A stretch of 64,000 bases of DNA from Calditrichia bacterium (GCA_963796965.1 CAWCNS010000009.1:708254-772253); one strand, 5' to 3'; counted from the first letter of the stretch, positions 33,057-43,251 are shown. Notes: generated by a model from the letters alone, not told the origin. Numbers and translations are program-made.

Positions 33057-33598
33057 AACCACAGAGCACACTGAGTAAATTATTAATTTTATTTATGTTA
33101 ATACTGTTTATCATTATCTCCCCTCTGTGATCTCTTATAATATGACTCTTCTTATTCCATCTTTTAATTTGTCTACATTGAAATTAATCAATAGTCCAAC
33201 TCTTAGATTCTCTGCTTTCAGATAAGTCAACACTTAAGCAATATGAATACCCCTTTAATGCTTCAACACATTTTAATTCAACAATCACCTTGTTTTCTAT
33301 CAAATAATCTAATCTATAATTCCCAATAGGATTACCCTTGTATTTTATCTCAAGTTCTTTCTGTCTTTTATATTCAATACCTCGAGACTTAAGTTCATGC
33401 TCCATGGCCTCTTCATATAAATTTTCTAAAAGACCCGGACCAAGTAAAGAATGAATTTTCCCGATAAATCGGGACACAGGATATTATTTTCTCAGTAATA
33501 TCTTTAAAGGGATATTCTTTAAGAGTTCTCAGAGTATTCCTCTGAGGGTTCTGCCTGTCCCGTAAAGGCTGGCGGAGCCAAGCTGACACGGGATGGTT
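33057..33598. repeat. Inverted repeats bounding the GxxExxY locus, with two inserted TCCCG...CGGGA hairpins
   Basis: Left AACCACAGAGCACACTGAG (33057-33075). Right CTCTGAGGGTTCTG|TGGTT (33540-33598) is interrupted by the 40-bp CCTGTCCCGT...ACGGGA. Extra unit CTCTGTGATCTC at ~33123. Palindrome TCCCGATAAATCGGGA at 33459-33474. Confidence 0.65.
33135..33520 (-). pseudogene. GxxExxY family protein (PD-(D/E)XK-like), disrupted
   Basis: KEYPFKDITEKIISC / IHSLLGPGLLENLYEEA / YRLDYLIENKVIVELK / HIA*VLTYLK...GLLINFNVDKLKDGIRRVIL. Two frameshifts, an in-frame TAA at the conserved Gln, and no clear start. Confidence 0.85.
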
Positions 33599-33741
33599 TC
33601 ATCTTACGATCCTATTTTTCATTTTTCCATAGAACTTTTGACACTACCCCATTTTAAATCAGTATTATGAAAGTACATACATAATTAATCCACTTATTTT
33701 AGGGAAAAACTTAACACTTAGTTGTTTAACGTATTTTACAG

Positions 33742-33770
33742 TTGACAAACGTATTCGTACGTTGTATATT
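33742..33770 (+). promoter_or_regulatory. Sigma70 promoter with a palindromic operator in the spacer (putative BlaI box)
   Basis: TTGACA (33742-47), 17-nt spacer, TATATT (33765-70). The spacer contains AACGTA-TTCG-TACGTT; a related site AACGTATTTTACAGTT lies just upstream. Confidence 0.8.
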
Positions 33771-33776
33771 TCAGTC

Positions 33777-34151
33777 ATGAAAAAATTAACCGCTTCAGAA
33801 GAACAGGTGATGCAAATATTATGGGATATGGAAAAGGCCTTTGTTAAGGACATAATTGAACGCTTTCCTACACCAAATCCCCCATACAACACAATTTCAT
33901 CCGTTGTAAGAATTCTCGAGAAAAAGGGTTTTGTTTCTCATAAAGTCTATGGACATACCCATGAATACTTTCCCATCATTAGTAGGGATATGTACAAAAA
34001 ATTTTATCTTAAGGATGCACTAAAAAACTATTTTGAAGGTTCTTTTCAACAGATGGTATCATTTTTTGCAAAAGAAGAGGAAGTGGATGTGGAGGAGTTA
34101 CAACAACTCATTGATATGATAAAAAAACACGAGTCCGACAAAAATGGATAA
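33777..34151 (+). CDS. BlaI/MecI/CopY family repressor
   Basis: LTASEEQVMQILW, YNTISSVVRILEKKGFV, YFEGSFQQMVSFF. Start set at ATG 33777. Confidence 0.92.
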   Translation: MKKLTASEEQVMQILWDMEKAFVKDIIERFPTPNPPYNTISSVVRILEKKGFVSHKVYGHTHEYFPIISRDMYKKFYLKDALKNYFEGSFQQMVSFFAKEEEVDVEELQQLIDMIKKHESDKNG

Positions 34152-35490
34152 CTTACTCATCTACATTTTAAAGACAACTCTTTCACTTAGTTTATTATAT
34201 CTGGTCTATATTCTTCTATTCCGCCGGGAAACATTTTTGGTTTTTAACCGGGCTTTTCTGATCCTTTCAGCGCTACTCTCTTTCATATTACCACATATAA
34301 GTCTCCCTCTGCCCTTTGACCTAAATGAAGATCAAATTCATCATTTATCTTTGGACCGACTTTTGTCTGAGATCCCTGAAAATTCCTATAATCTGGTATA
34401 CCATCAATCTGGGTCTACACCAATTTATTCCGGAACCGATCATTTTGGGACAGTCCTAGGGATTATTTATCTTCTCGGCGTCTTTGTCTATCTTTTACTC
34501 TTCTTGTTTCATTTGTATCAGATCTCCCGGGTTGGAGAAAATTATACTTCAGAGTACCTGAACGGTATCAATATCGTTAAAACAACGGGGAATCTTTCAC
34601 CGTTCTCATTTTTCAAGACCATTTATATCGACAAAGAAAAATTTCGTCCTTTAGATCTGCACCAGATCATTATCCACGAAAAAGTTCATATAAATGAAAG
34701 ACATACCTTCGATCTTCTTTTTTTTGAATTGATGAAGGCAATTCACTGGTTTAATCCAATTATCTGGTTAATGGCAAGATCAATGAAGGAAACACATGAA
34801 TTTATCGCAGATCGTGCTGTGATTAATGGTGGTCATAATTCTATCGCCTATCAGTATCTTATCATTAAACAATCAGTGGGATTAAGGGCCTTCTCTATGG
34901 TAAACACTTTTTCTCATTCTCAAATCAAAAGGAGAATTAATATGCTCAATAAAGCACGATCGAAAAATAAATCATTGTTTAAAATCTTATTCATTATTCC
35001 TGTGTTGATACTTCTCCTTACCATCTTTCATGTTCCCGGCACAGCTCTTGAAGTTCCGTCCATAAATAATACAATAAGTGTCTTCCATCCTCCCTTACAT
35101 TCAGGTCGTCTTACGGTGGGTTTTGAGGAAATGATTAATCCTTTTACAAAAAAAGCCGTTTTTCATAAGGGATGGGATATTGCTGCACCCCAGGGTACAA
35201 AAATATACGCCTGCCAAAGTGGTACAGTCGTTGAGGCTGATTCTGTTAAAGGTTATGGTAATCGGATTGTCATCAATCACTCTCAGGGTTACACAACCCT
35301 ATATTCACACCTTCTCAAAATAATGGTTTCAAAAAAGCAGGTCGTTAAAATAGGTGAGATTATAGGCTTGGTCGGAAACACCGGTCTCTCGACTGCCCCT
35401 CATTTGCATTTCGAGTTACAATTGAACAAAAAGGTGATAGATCCGGGAGAGAAACTAGATATTTCCGTCTATTCGAACAAGCAGTACTAA
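34144..35490 (+). CDS. BlaR1-like M56 metallopeptidase fused to a C-terminal M23 peptidase domain
   Basis: TM helices, HEKVH, HWFNP, HEFIAD, IKRRI; C-terminal HKGWDIAA, GYGN, YSHL, TGLSTAPHLHFE. Confidence 0.9.
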   Translation: MDNLLIYILKTTLSLSLLYLVYILLFRRETFLVFNRAFLILSALLSFILPHISLPLPFDLNEDQIHHLSLDRLLSEIPENSYNLVYHQSGSTPIYSGTDHFGTVLGIIYLLGVFVYLLLFLFHLYQISRVGENYTSEYLNGINIVKTTGNLSPFSFFKTIYIDKEKFRPLDLHQIIIHEKVHINERHTFDLLFFELMKAIHWFNPIIWLMARSMKETHEFIADRAVINGGHNSIAYQYLIIKQSVGLRAFSMVNTFSHSQIKRRINMLNKARSKNKSLFKILFIIPVLILLLTIFHVPGTALEVPSINNTISVFHPPLHSGRLTVGFEEMINPFTKKAVFHKGWDIAAPQGTKIYACQSGTVVEADSVKGYGNRIVINHSQGYTTLYSHLLKIMVSKKQVVKIGEIIGLVGNTGLSTAPHLHFELQLNKKVIDPGEKLDISVYSNKQY

Positions 35491-35685
35491 TTTAATAGGT
35501 GATCAGAATCCAAATTGTTGACCGGGTTGCTTTCATACCGGATATCTTTCTTTGCTGTGACTGTATTTGTTTGATAACCTAATTTGCACGAATTGTCACC
35601 CATCCTACAATTTTTCTTCCCATCCCATCCTATCTTTAGAATGCCATAAAATTGATTTAAACCTGATTCCATTTAGAGGATAAAT

Positions 35686-36664
35686 ATGAGTGATACGAGC
35701 TATTTAGATACAACCATAGATGTATACAAGAATGCTGCTGAAAACCCTGTAAAAGGACTCTGTTGTTCAACTACTCCCATTTGGCAACTACCAGAATTGT
35801 CTATTCCCAAAATTATGTTGGAAATGAACTATGGTTGTGGAACCACTGTTCATCCACGTGATTTGGTAAATAATCCAACTATTCTTTATGTTGGTGTTGG
35901 TGGCGGTATGGAATTATTACAATTCGCCTATTTTAGCAGGAAAGCTGGAAGCGTAATCGGTATAGATATTATTGACGAGATGCTTCACGTTGCGAAAGAG
36001 AACTTATCTCAGGCAGAAATTATGAATCCCTGGTTCCATGGGAATTTCATTGATTTAAAATTGGGGAATGCATTAGATCTCCCGATTGAAGATAATTCCA
36101 TCGATATCAGCTGCCCAAAATTGTCTATTTAATATATTTAAAGAAAATGAGTTAAAAAATGCCCTCAAAGAGATGTATCGTGTTCTTAAACCCGGTGGTC
36201 TTCTCGTCATCTCAGATCCCATTTCAGAAATTCCCATACCAGAGCATTTGGCCAACGATGAACAATTACGGGCTCTTTGTCTTAGTGGTGCCTTGCCTCT
36301 AAATGAATATATCAAATTATTAACGGATACCGGATTTGGAACTATCGAGATCAGGGCTAAAAGGCCATATCGGATTCTTTCACCCCAGGAATTTGAGATA
36401 CCTGATCTCATTTATATTGAAAGTGTGGAAGTTTGTGCTATTAATGACCCGCTACCCGAAGACGGACCCTGTGTTTTTACAGGAAAATCTGCCATCTATT
36501 TTGGTAATGACGACTATTTTGATGATGGAAAAGGCCATATATTATTTCAGAATCAACCTTTATCAATTTGTGATAAAACGGCTGCAGAGTTGGATTCATT
36601 CAATGATGAAAAGATCTTTATTTCACCATCTACTTACTTCTACGATGGTGGCGGATGTTGTTGA
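35686..36664 (+). CDS. arsM: Arsenite methyltransferase (arsenosugar-type ArsM family); apparent +1 frameshift at ~36108
   Basis: GLCC, MNYGCG, YVGVGGG, DIAAQNCLFNI after removing one A, RALCLSGAL, C-terminal YDGGGCC. Confidence 0.8.
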
Positions 36665-36701
36665 TCAACCCATTATGAGACAATTGTTCTCTAATCCCTG
36701 A

Positions 36702-37127
36702 TCACGAATTTGTGCTAAAAGGTTTACCTTTACCAGTTTCACAATATTCTTTCAGACTGGCTAAATACCACCCCCAGTTAAAATTGCAATGTGCAAAAAA
36801 ATCCGTCATTTCCTTCCAGTCTGAATGATTGAATTTTAACAGGGTTTTTTCTCCCTGTTCTTCCAAATCAAATTGTATCCGGGTACCCATCCACTCATCA
36901 TCACCCTCCACACATTCCCAGAATACTTTTCTGTTTTTTTCCAGCTTGCATATTTTCATTTTTATAAAATATGCTTCACCAAATCTAAATTCAGCAAAAG
37001 CACCTTCAAGATTTTCAGCAACGACATCCTCTATCCACCAACAAGACAGGCCTTTTTGTTTGGCTATAGCATGGAAGACCTTATCTGAAGATGCTCTTAT
37101 TACAAGTTGATGAATAATCTCTGCCAT
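36702..37127 (-). CDS. SRPBCC/AHSA1-like domain protein
   Basis: VFHAI...GLSCWW, WMGTRIQF, FNHSDW, W.WYLASLKEYCETGKG. Confidence 0.88.
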   Translation of the reverse strand: MAEIIHQLVIRASSDKVFHAIAKQKGLSCWWIEDVVAENLEGAFAEFRFGEAYFIKMKICKLEKNRKVFWECVEGDDEWMGTRIQFDLEEQGEKTLLKFNHSDWKEMTDFFAHCNFNWGWYLASLKEYCETGKGKPFSTNS

Positions 37128-37188
37128 ATGCTACCCCATAAAATAAAGTTATTACCCCGATAACCACTACTTTGAAATCATTAGGTTA

Positions 37189-37208
37189 TATAACGACTAA
37201 TCGTTATA
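37189..37208. promoter_or_regulatory. Perfect palindrome, putative transcription-factor operator
   Basis: TATAACGA-CTAA-TCGTTATA in the divergent intergenic region, ~60 bp upstream of the SRPBCC gene. Confidence 0.5.
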
Positions 37209-37439
37209 AATCAGTCCATTAAATGTATATTTTTGAATGGAAACCACAGAAAAGCCTGCAACATTATAGTGTAGATACGTCTCTAATATAGTATGGGACA
37301 AATATCATCCATCACTGTCAGTATTTTGTCATTAATCCTGTTGGGTAGAAAAAAGTTAAGTACCCAATACAACATTATTCAAATTTCGCGTATATTAGAA
37401 CAATACGTCGGGTAAAGAGGAAATTTCAGAGGACTTTAA

Positions 37440-40094
37440 TTGATGATATTTTCGGATACTCAAAAAAGATATCTGCAATGGTGGCAAGATATTGACCTTT
37501 CCAAGATTAATACCAGCCGTTTTCTCTTTCATATAATAGGATGGCTTTTAACCTTTTATTTTATTATCGCATCTATTGAGTTTGGAAATTTAAAATGGAT
37601 GCAGGTTTGGGTTGTCTTTCATATATTTTTTTGGTACCAGTTGAATAGAACCATTGTAGGTCACATTAAACCGCCGATTGGACTTCTCCTTCTTTTAACC
37701 ATCATTTTATCTTCTATCCAAAATCTACTATTAAGCGCCACATTAAAAGATATACCCACTGAAATATCATTGGGATTTTTCTCAATATTATTGCTTGCTC
37801 TCCAGACTCTTTTTATAGGAATCATATTAGTCAGTAATGCAAGTCTTGCAAAAGGGATTGGTGAAAATCTGCATGATAAAAGTAGCAGGTCGGTATCTTC
37901 CCAGGAAAGCAGAATTAAACAGAAATCTTTGATTGCCTTCGCTTTAATCGGATATATAGGTTATCAGATTGTTTTCTTTGAATATGAATATGTTCTATAT
38001 ATTTTTCAATTTTTCCTGCTTCTGGCATTATTGAACAAAACACGCTGGCTTGAAAACCTGAACAAACGTGAATTAATTGGTTACTTCTGGGTTCTTGTAG
38101 CCATCTTTTTCTTTTACCAGGATCCTTCAGGAATACAATCTATCAATTTTATAAATGTGGAACAGAAGATAACCTGGTTTGGGTTACCATTTTATATTCA
38201 TTTAGTGTTAAAAATGTACTTATTGGCAGTAATCATCAAAATCCCGATTGTTATTATCTACAACCATGCTACCCTTTCAAGAAAATTGTGGATTGCCGGT
38301 CTTTTTCAATCAACAATTCCTCAACTGATACAATTCATCTTTCTCTGTTATATATTTTTTGCTTTGATCTCAAGTTGGCAGGCAGAGAACATACGTGAGT
38401 CATTCGATCGACTGATTTTTCAAATTCAGGATGATCGAATACCATCATCATTAACTTATTATAAAATACCAATTGAAACAAAATCATCTTCCATAGAGGT
38501 AGACGGATATTTGCCAATATCTATGTTTGTTAATGAACAACCCCATGGGATTATTCGTCTGATAAAAACACATAAACAAGCCAAACGGGATTTTAATCAG
38601 GAAGATTATTATCTATTTATTAAATCTAAAGAAAATAACAGGGATTTTCTCCGTCTTGTCAAACTGGACACCGCTTTTGTATCCCAATTAACAAATGATA
38701 TGTCATTTCTTGCCGGATCAGGATTGATATTGTACCCATTTTCCCCAAGAGAATGGCAACGATTTGTATTTGATTTGCCGTTTTTTCAAGAAGGCCAGAT
38801 TACTAAGATATATCCATTCGGTATTCTCTCACTTAATGATTCCTGGTCTGTGTTATCTAACAGGAGTCCCGCTGATTCAAATGATGTCAAAATTATTATT
38901 GGTGGGCGTGAGGATATATTTGGTAACCAGAAATTTGTTCTCGGTCGTATGTTTATTCCCGTAAGCAATGCTTCTTCCTCAAATCAGATTTACTTTGGTT
39001 TTGATACCTATCTGAACCTTCAATCTATTTCCAGTCCATCAATAATTGGCAAAGCCTTCTTAAGTTTACTTGTACTGTTTTTACTCTTTAATTCATTGGT
39101 TATTGGGCAAGTTGGAAAGTTTGGAGCACAGATTAATAAGATAATTATACAAAAATTTTCCCAGTTACGGGAAGGAATTCAGCAGATTGCACGCGGAAAC
39201 TTGGACTATAAGTTTCAGATGGAGGGTGAAGATGAATTTGTCGAATTAGCCGGTCATTTTAATGAGATGAGTAGTAAGCTAAAACATACGATTGCTGATG
39301 CGAGAGAAAAGGACCGACTAAATCATGAATTAAAAATTGCCCAGCAAGTACAGCTAAGTCTTTTGCCGGTTAAGTTACCAGAAGTCAGTGGTTTCAATAT
39401 TGCAGCCTCAATTAAATCCGCAAATGAGATTGGTGGTGATTTTTATGATATTGTTCCTGCAGGTAAAGATAAATATCTTTTTACCATTGGTGATGTTTCT
39501 GGTAAAGGTTCATCGGCCGCCTTTTATATGGCCCAGTATATCAGTCTTTTACGATATTCACGACAGTTTACCTTCAAACCGGATGAAATTGCTATCCGGA
39601 TGAACAAATATTTTTCGACCCAAATTGTTGACAGACAAATATTTATTACGGCCATTATTGGTATCCTTGATCTGAAAAAAAAGGAAGTGGATTTTGTTCG
39701 AGCCGGTCATACCTTGCCCATCCTGATTCCTGGAGACGAGCAGAATGAGTTGGAGGATATCCAATCAAGGGGCATGGGATTGGGATTAACCAAATCTGAA
39801 ACTACATTTAAACAGAAAACTGAGTTAAAAAAGGTTCCCTTAAATCCTGGAGATCTCATCGTTTTTTATACAGATGGTGTTGTAGAAGCGGCTCATCCGT
39901 CCGATTCAGAGAATCTCGAAAGTGAATTCGTAGAATATGGCGAAAAAAGATTCAAAAACCTTCTCAATGGTTCCAGAGGCCTTAGTGCAGAAGAGTTAAT
40001 AATGATGTGCAATGATGATCTTAATTCTTTTTATACAGATAATCTGCGCATTGATGACCACACCCTGTTTTTTTTACAAAGAAGTGCTAAATAA
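37440..40094 (+). CDS. Membrane PP2C/SpoIIE (RsbU-like) phosphatase with HAMP domain
   Basis: Multi-TM N-terminus, extracytoplasmic domain, HAMP (GNLDY...DEFVELAGHFNEM), GGDFYD, GDVSGKG, YTDGVVE, DDHT. Confidence 0.9.
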   Translation: MMIFSDTQKRYLQWWQDIDLSKINTSRFLFHIIGWLLTFYFIIASIEFGNLKWMQVWVVFHIFFWYQLNRTIVGHIKPPIGLLLLLTIILSSIQNLLLSATLKDIPTEISLGFFSILLLALQTLFIGIILVSNASLAKGIGENLHDKSSRSVSSQESRIKQKSLIAFALIGYIGYQIVFFEYEYVLYIFQFFLLLALLNKTRWLENLNKRELIGYFWVLVAIFFFYQDPSGIQSINFINVEQKITWFGLPFYIHLVLKMYLLAVIIKIPIVIIYNHATLSRKLWIAGLFQSTIPQLIQFIFLCYIFFALISSWQAENIRESFDRLIFQIQDDRIPSSLTYYKIPIETKSSSIEVDGYLPISMFVNEQPHGIIRLIKTHKQAKRDFNQEDYYLFIKSKENNRDFLRLVKLDTAFVSQLTNDMSFLAGSGLILYPFSPREWQRFVFDLPFFQEGQITKIYPFGILSLNDSWSVLSNRSPADSNDVKIIIGGREDIFGNQKFVLGRMFIPVSNASSSNQIYFGFDTYLNLQSISSPSIIGKAFLSLLVLFLLFNSLVIGQVGKFGAQINKIIIQKFSQLREGIQQIARGNLDYKFQMEGEDEFVELAGHFNEMSSKLKHTIADAREKDRLNHELKIAQQVQLSLLPVKLPEVSGFNIAASIKSANEIGGDFYDIVPAGKDKYLFTIGDVSGKGSSAAFYMAQYISLLRYSRQFTFKPDEIAIRMNKYFSTQIVDRQIFITAIIGILDLKKKEVDFVRAGHTLPILIPGDEQNELEDIQSRGMGLGLTKSETTFKQKTELKKVPLNPGDLIVFYTDGVVEAAHPSDSENLESEFVEYGEKRFKNLLNGSRGLSAEELIMMCNDDLNSFYTDNLRIDDHTLFFLQRSAK

Positions 40095-40215
40095 ATTTCT
40101 TAAAATATCTATATTTGCTGGATTCATTTTATTTAATCCAGCTGGATATTTATTTAATAGTATATTTGAATTCTGCGCTCACTGAATATATTCTTCTCTA
40201 GAAAAACTCAAAATA

Positions 40216-40357
40216 ACAAAGACACTGAGAACCAATGTTTTTAGATAATAAAAAAGGAAATAATTTATCTGGTTCGGGTAAACAATGTTGATTTAAAAAT
40301 TTTTTCTTTTGTCTTTTTTCTTTTATCTTATACTTCTCAGATACTTGGTGTCTTTGT
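40216..40357. repeat. Intergenic long-spacer inverted repeat
   Basis: ACAAAGACACTGAG (40216) pairs with CTTGGTGTCTTTGT (to 40357); 10-bp perfect core. Confidence 0.5.
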
Positions 40358-40411
40358 GTGAAATAATCGAAACAGATATTTGAACTTATATTATTTAAGA
40401 GAGTGATAGTT

Positions 40412-41509
40412 ATGGCCGGAAATTCATTTGGACAGTTATTTAGAATTACAACCGCCGGAGAGAGTCACGGTCCGGCCAATGTTGTAATCATTGACGGGGT
40501 TCCTGCCGGCATACCCCTGGATATCTCAGATATCCAGCCCGATCTTGAAAGACGAAGACCCGGTCAGTCTGCTATTACGACACCTCGGAACGAAACAGAC
40601 TCAGCGGAAATACTTTCAGGGGTATTTGAAGGTGAAACGACGGGTGTTCCTCTCACTATTCTCATTCCAAATCGCGATCAACATAGTCAAGATTATAACA
40701 ATATCAGTGAGAAATATCGTCCTGGCCATGCCGATTATACATATGACCAAAAATATGGCCGACGTGATCACCGCGGTGGTGGCCGGTCTAGTGCGCGAGA
40801 AACAGTCGCTCGTGTTGCTGCCGGTAGTATTGCGAAAAAGGTTCTTACCTTTTATGGGCAAAAGATCAGCATTGTTGGTTATGTTAAACAGGTAGGAAAG
40901 ATTTTCGCCTCTATCCCAAATCCATCTAATGTAAATATAAATGATGTTGAGTCTAATCCTGTCCGATGTCCTGATCCTGTAGCAGCAAAAAAAATGATTC
41001 GTTTAATTGAATCGGTCAGAAAGGAGGGTGATTCTGTTGGTGGTATTGCCGAAATAATTGCCACAAATGTTCCTCCTGGCCTTGGAGAACCCGTTTTTGA
41101 CAAGCTGAAAGCCGACCTCGGAAAATCAATGTTTAGTCTTCCTGCCGTAATGGGTGTTGAGTTTGGATTAGGATTTGATGCCGCAACCACTCATGGTAGT
41201 GAAGCCAACGATGTTTTTAGCAAGAGAGGTGAAAAAATTGTAACAATGACAAATAATCATGGCGGCATACTGGGTGGTATATCCAGTGGTATGCCCATTA
41301 TTATTCGTTGTGCCGTGAAACCGACAAGTTCTATTCAAAAAAAGCAATCCACGATCTCTAAATCAGGCAAACAAACTACAATCGCCGTACAAGGTCGTCA
41401 CGACCCCTGTCTTTTACCCAGATTTATTCCCATTGCAGAAGCGATGGTCGCCATAACTTTAGCTGATCATTATCTAAGAATGAGAACCTACAAAGAAATA
41501 GAAATATGA
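40412..41509 (+). CDS. aroC: Chorismate synthase
   Basis: GESHG, RPGHAD, GGGRSSARET, GDSVGG, GGILGGIS, RHDPC. Confidence 0.97.
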   Translation: MAGNSFGQLFRITTAGESHGPANVVIIDGVPAGIPLDISDIQPDLERRRPGQSAITTPRNETDSAEILSGVFEGETTGVPLTILIPNRDQHSQDYNNISEKYRPGHADYTYDQKYGRRDHRGGGRSSARETVARVAAGSIAKKVLTFYGQKISIVGYVKQVGKIFASIPNPSNVNINDVESNPVRCPDPVAAKKMIRLIESVRKEGDSVGGIAEIIATNVPPGLGEPVFDKLKADLGKSMFSLPAVMGVEFGLGFDAATTHGSEANDVFSKRGEKIVTMTNNHGGILGGISSGMPIIIRCAVKPTSSIQKKQSTISKSGKQTTIAVQGRHDPCLLPRFIPIAEAMVAITLADHYLRMRTYKEIEI

Positions 41510-41795
41510 TCTGGTCCTGGTAATCTCAATTCTTGATTTCCGTAACTATTTTACCCACTACTCTACAAAAACACTAGCGTTTAATCACCCTTCACGAAAA
41601 TTTGCAACACTCCCATTTAATATTCGTACATAAATTTGACCTCAATGATCTTATTGGTCCAGGATCACATATATCAATGCGAATATTTCACAGAAGATTA
41701 CTCTTTGTTTCTTACCCCTTTGTATTCTATACAGAAGAAAATGGGGTTATTCTTGTCTTTAAAATGTGATAATCTGAAAATATTAGGGGAGAAAT

Positions 41796-43214
41796 ATGAA
41801 TGTATTTAAATATGTAATTTTTTTGACTCTGATGATTTCTATAATTCCCTGTGTATCGAATACGGATGATCTCATCCTCAAAAAGCAATTTTTAAGTGAT
41901 AACGTGATGACTATTAGCACAGAATATGGTTCTGGACCCCAGATAATAATTGCCGCAGATAAGGGACTTGTTGTAATTAATTCACTTTGGGGAAGGGAAA
42001 TAGCTACCTGTTATCGGGCGATTATCGAAGAACAATTAAATCGAAAAGATTTTCTGTTTATCATTAACGATCGGGGTCGGTTGGATTGTGTTGGCGGTAA
42101 TGCCATCTATCCTGAGGCCGAGGTGGTTGCTCATGAAATTGTATATAATAATTTGCAGAATGCAAAGACCCATCTCAACCAAGAAATGCTGCCCCTAATT
42201 GAAATGTGGCAATGGAAGGCTGGTTTATCAAAAGAGAGATTAGATAAATATAGTCCCGGTTCAGAAAACGAAAAAAATGAACGCAGCTGGTATAATTATT
42301 GTCTGCAGGTCGCCAATGATCTTTCAAACGATTATGATCTCCGATTACCAACTATCATCCTCGAGGATTCATTGTTACTTGATCTTGGTGACCAGACCGT
42401 CGAGATATATTCCTTTGGAAAAGCCTGTTTTGAAGGAGGACTTATTACCTACGTACCAAAGGAAAAAATGCTTTTTACTGGTTTTCTGTTTACTGATCAA
42501 CATTTAATTCCCACATCTAATTCTTCCCGTAACAAGCTTGAAATTCCCCGATGGTTAGAGGTAATGGATAAATTATTAAGTGAAAAAAGGGATATTGAGA
42601 AAATTGTTTGTGGACCAATTCAGGTAAAAACCAAACAATGGTTAATTCAAAGACGAAACTATATCCGCGAACTATGGCAGAAGATAAATCTTCTAAATGC
42701 ACGCAACTTGGATTTATCAATAATCCAGGACTACCTGTCCATTGATAAAACATTTTCATATTTAAAGGACTGGGATACCTGGGAGATAAGCGGGTCAGAT
42801 AATGTGATGACAGAACACCGACGTAATGTTCAATTATTTTGGGCACAACTACAAAATTTTGCCAGCGATTTGCTTGAAATTACGATTGAACAAAAAGGAA
42901 TACATGCAGCCATAAAACAATATTATGAGCTTAAAAAGAGCCCAAGTTCTACCTATTATTTTGATGAAGCTTCTTTTAATACACTTGGATACAAATTATT
43001 AAATCAAAAAAGAATCGCTGAAGCTGTTACGATTTTCAAATTAAATGTTGAGGCCTACCCTCGCTCTTCGAATGTATATGATAGCCTGGGTGAAGCATAT
43101 ATGAAAAGTGGTAATAAGGCTCTGGCAATTGAAAATTACCGCAAATCGCTTGAGTTCAATCCAGACAATTCTAATGCTATGCAAATGCTTAAAACGATAA
43201 AGGATCAGGACTGA
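41796..43214 (+). CDS. Exported MBL-fold + TPR protein with a degenerate metal motif
   Basis: Signal peptide; IINDRGRLDCVGGN sits where HxHxDH is expected; VAHE; C-terminal TPR NTLGYKLL...YPRSSNVYDSLGEAY. Confidence 0.75.
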   Translation: MNVFKYVIFLTLMISIIPCVSNTDDLILKKQFLSDNVMTISTEYGSGPQIIIAADKGLVVINSLWGREIATCYRAIIEEQLNRKDFLFIINDRGRLDCVGGNAIYPEAEVVAHEIVYNNLQNAKTHLNQEMLPLIEMWQWKAGLSKERLDKYSPGSENEKNERSWYNYCLQVANDLSNDYDLRLPTIILEDSLLLDLGDQTVEIYSFGKACFEGGLITYVPKEKMLFTGFLFTDQHLIPTSNSSRNKLEIPRWLEVMDKLLSEKRDIEKIVCGPIQVKTKQWLIQRRNYIRELWQKINLLNARNLDLSIIQDYLSIDKTFSYLKDWDTWEISGSDNVMTEHRRNVQLFWAQLQNFASDLLEITIEQKGIHAAIKQYYELKKSPSSTYYFDEASFNTLGYKLLNQKRIAEAVTIFKLNVEAYPRSSNVYDSLGEAYMKSGNKALAIENYRKSLEFNPDNSNAMQMLKTIKDQD

Positions 43215-43251
43215 TATTTTAGCCAAATTTTTTAAAAATGGGGAATGTATA

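Noticed and set aside
35487..35672. 61-aa minus-strand ORF between the M56/M23 gene and arsM
   Set aside because: No RBS or recognisable features; it overlaps the probable arsM promoter region.
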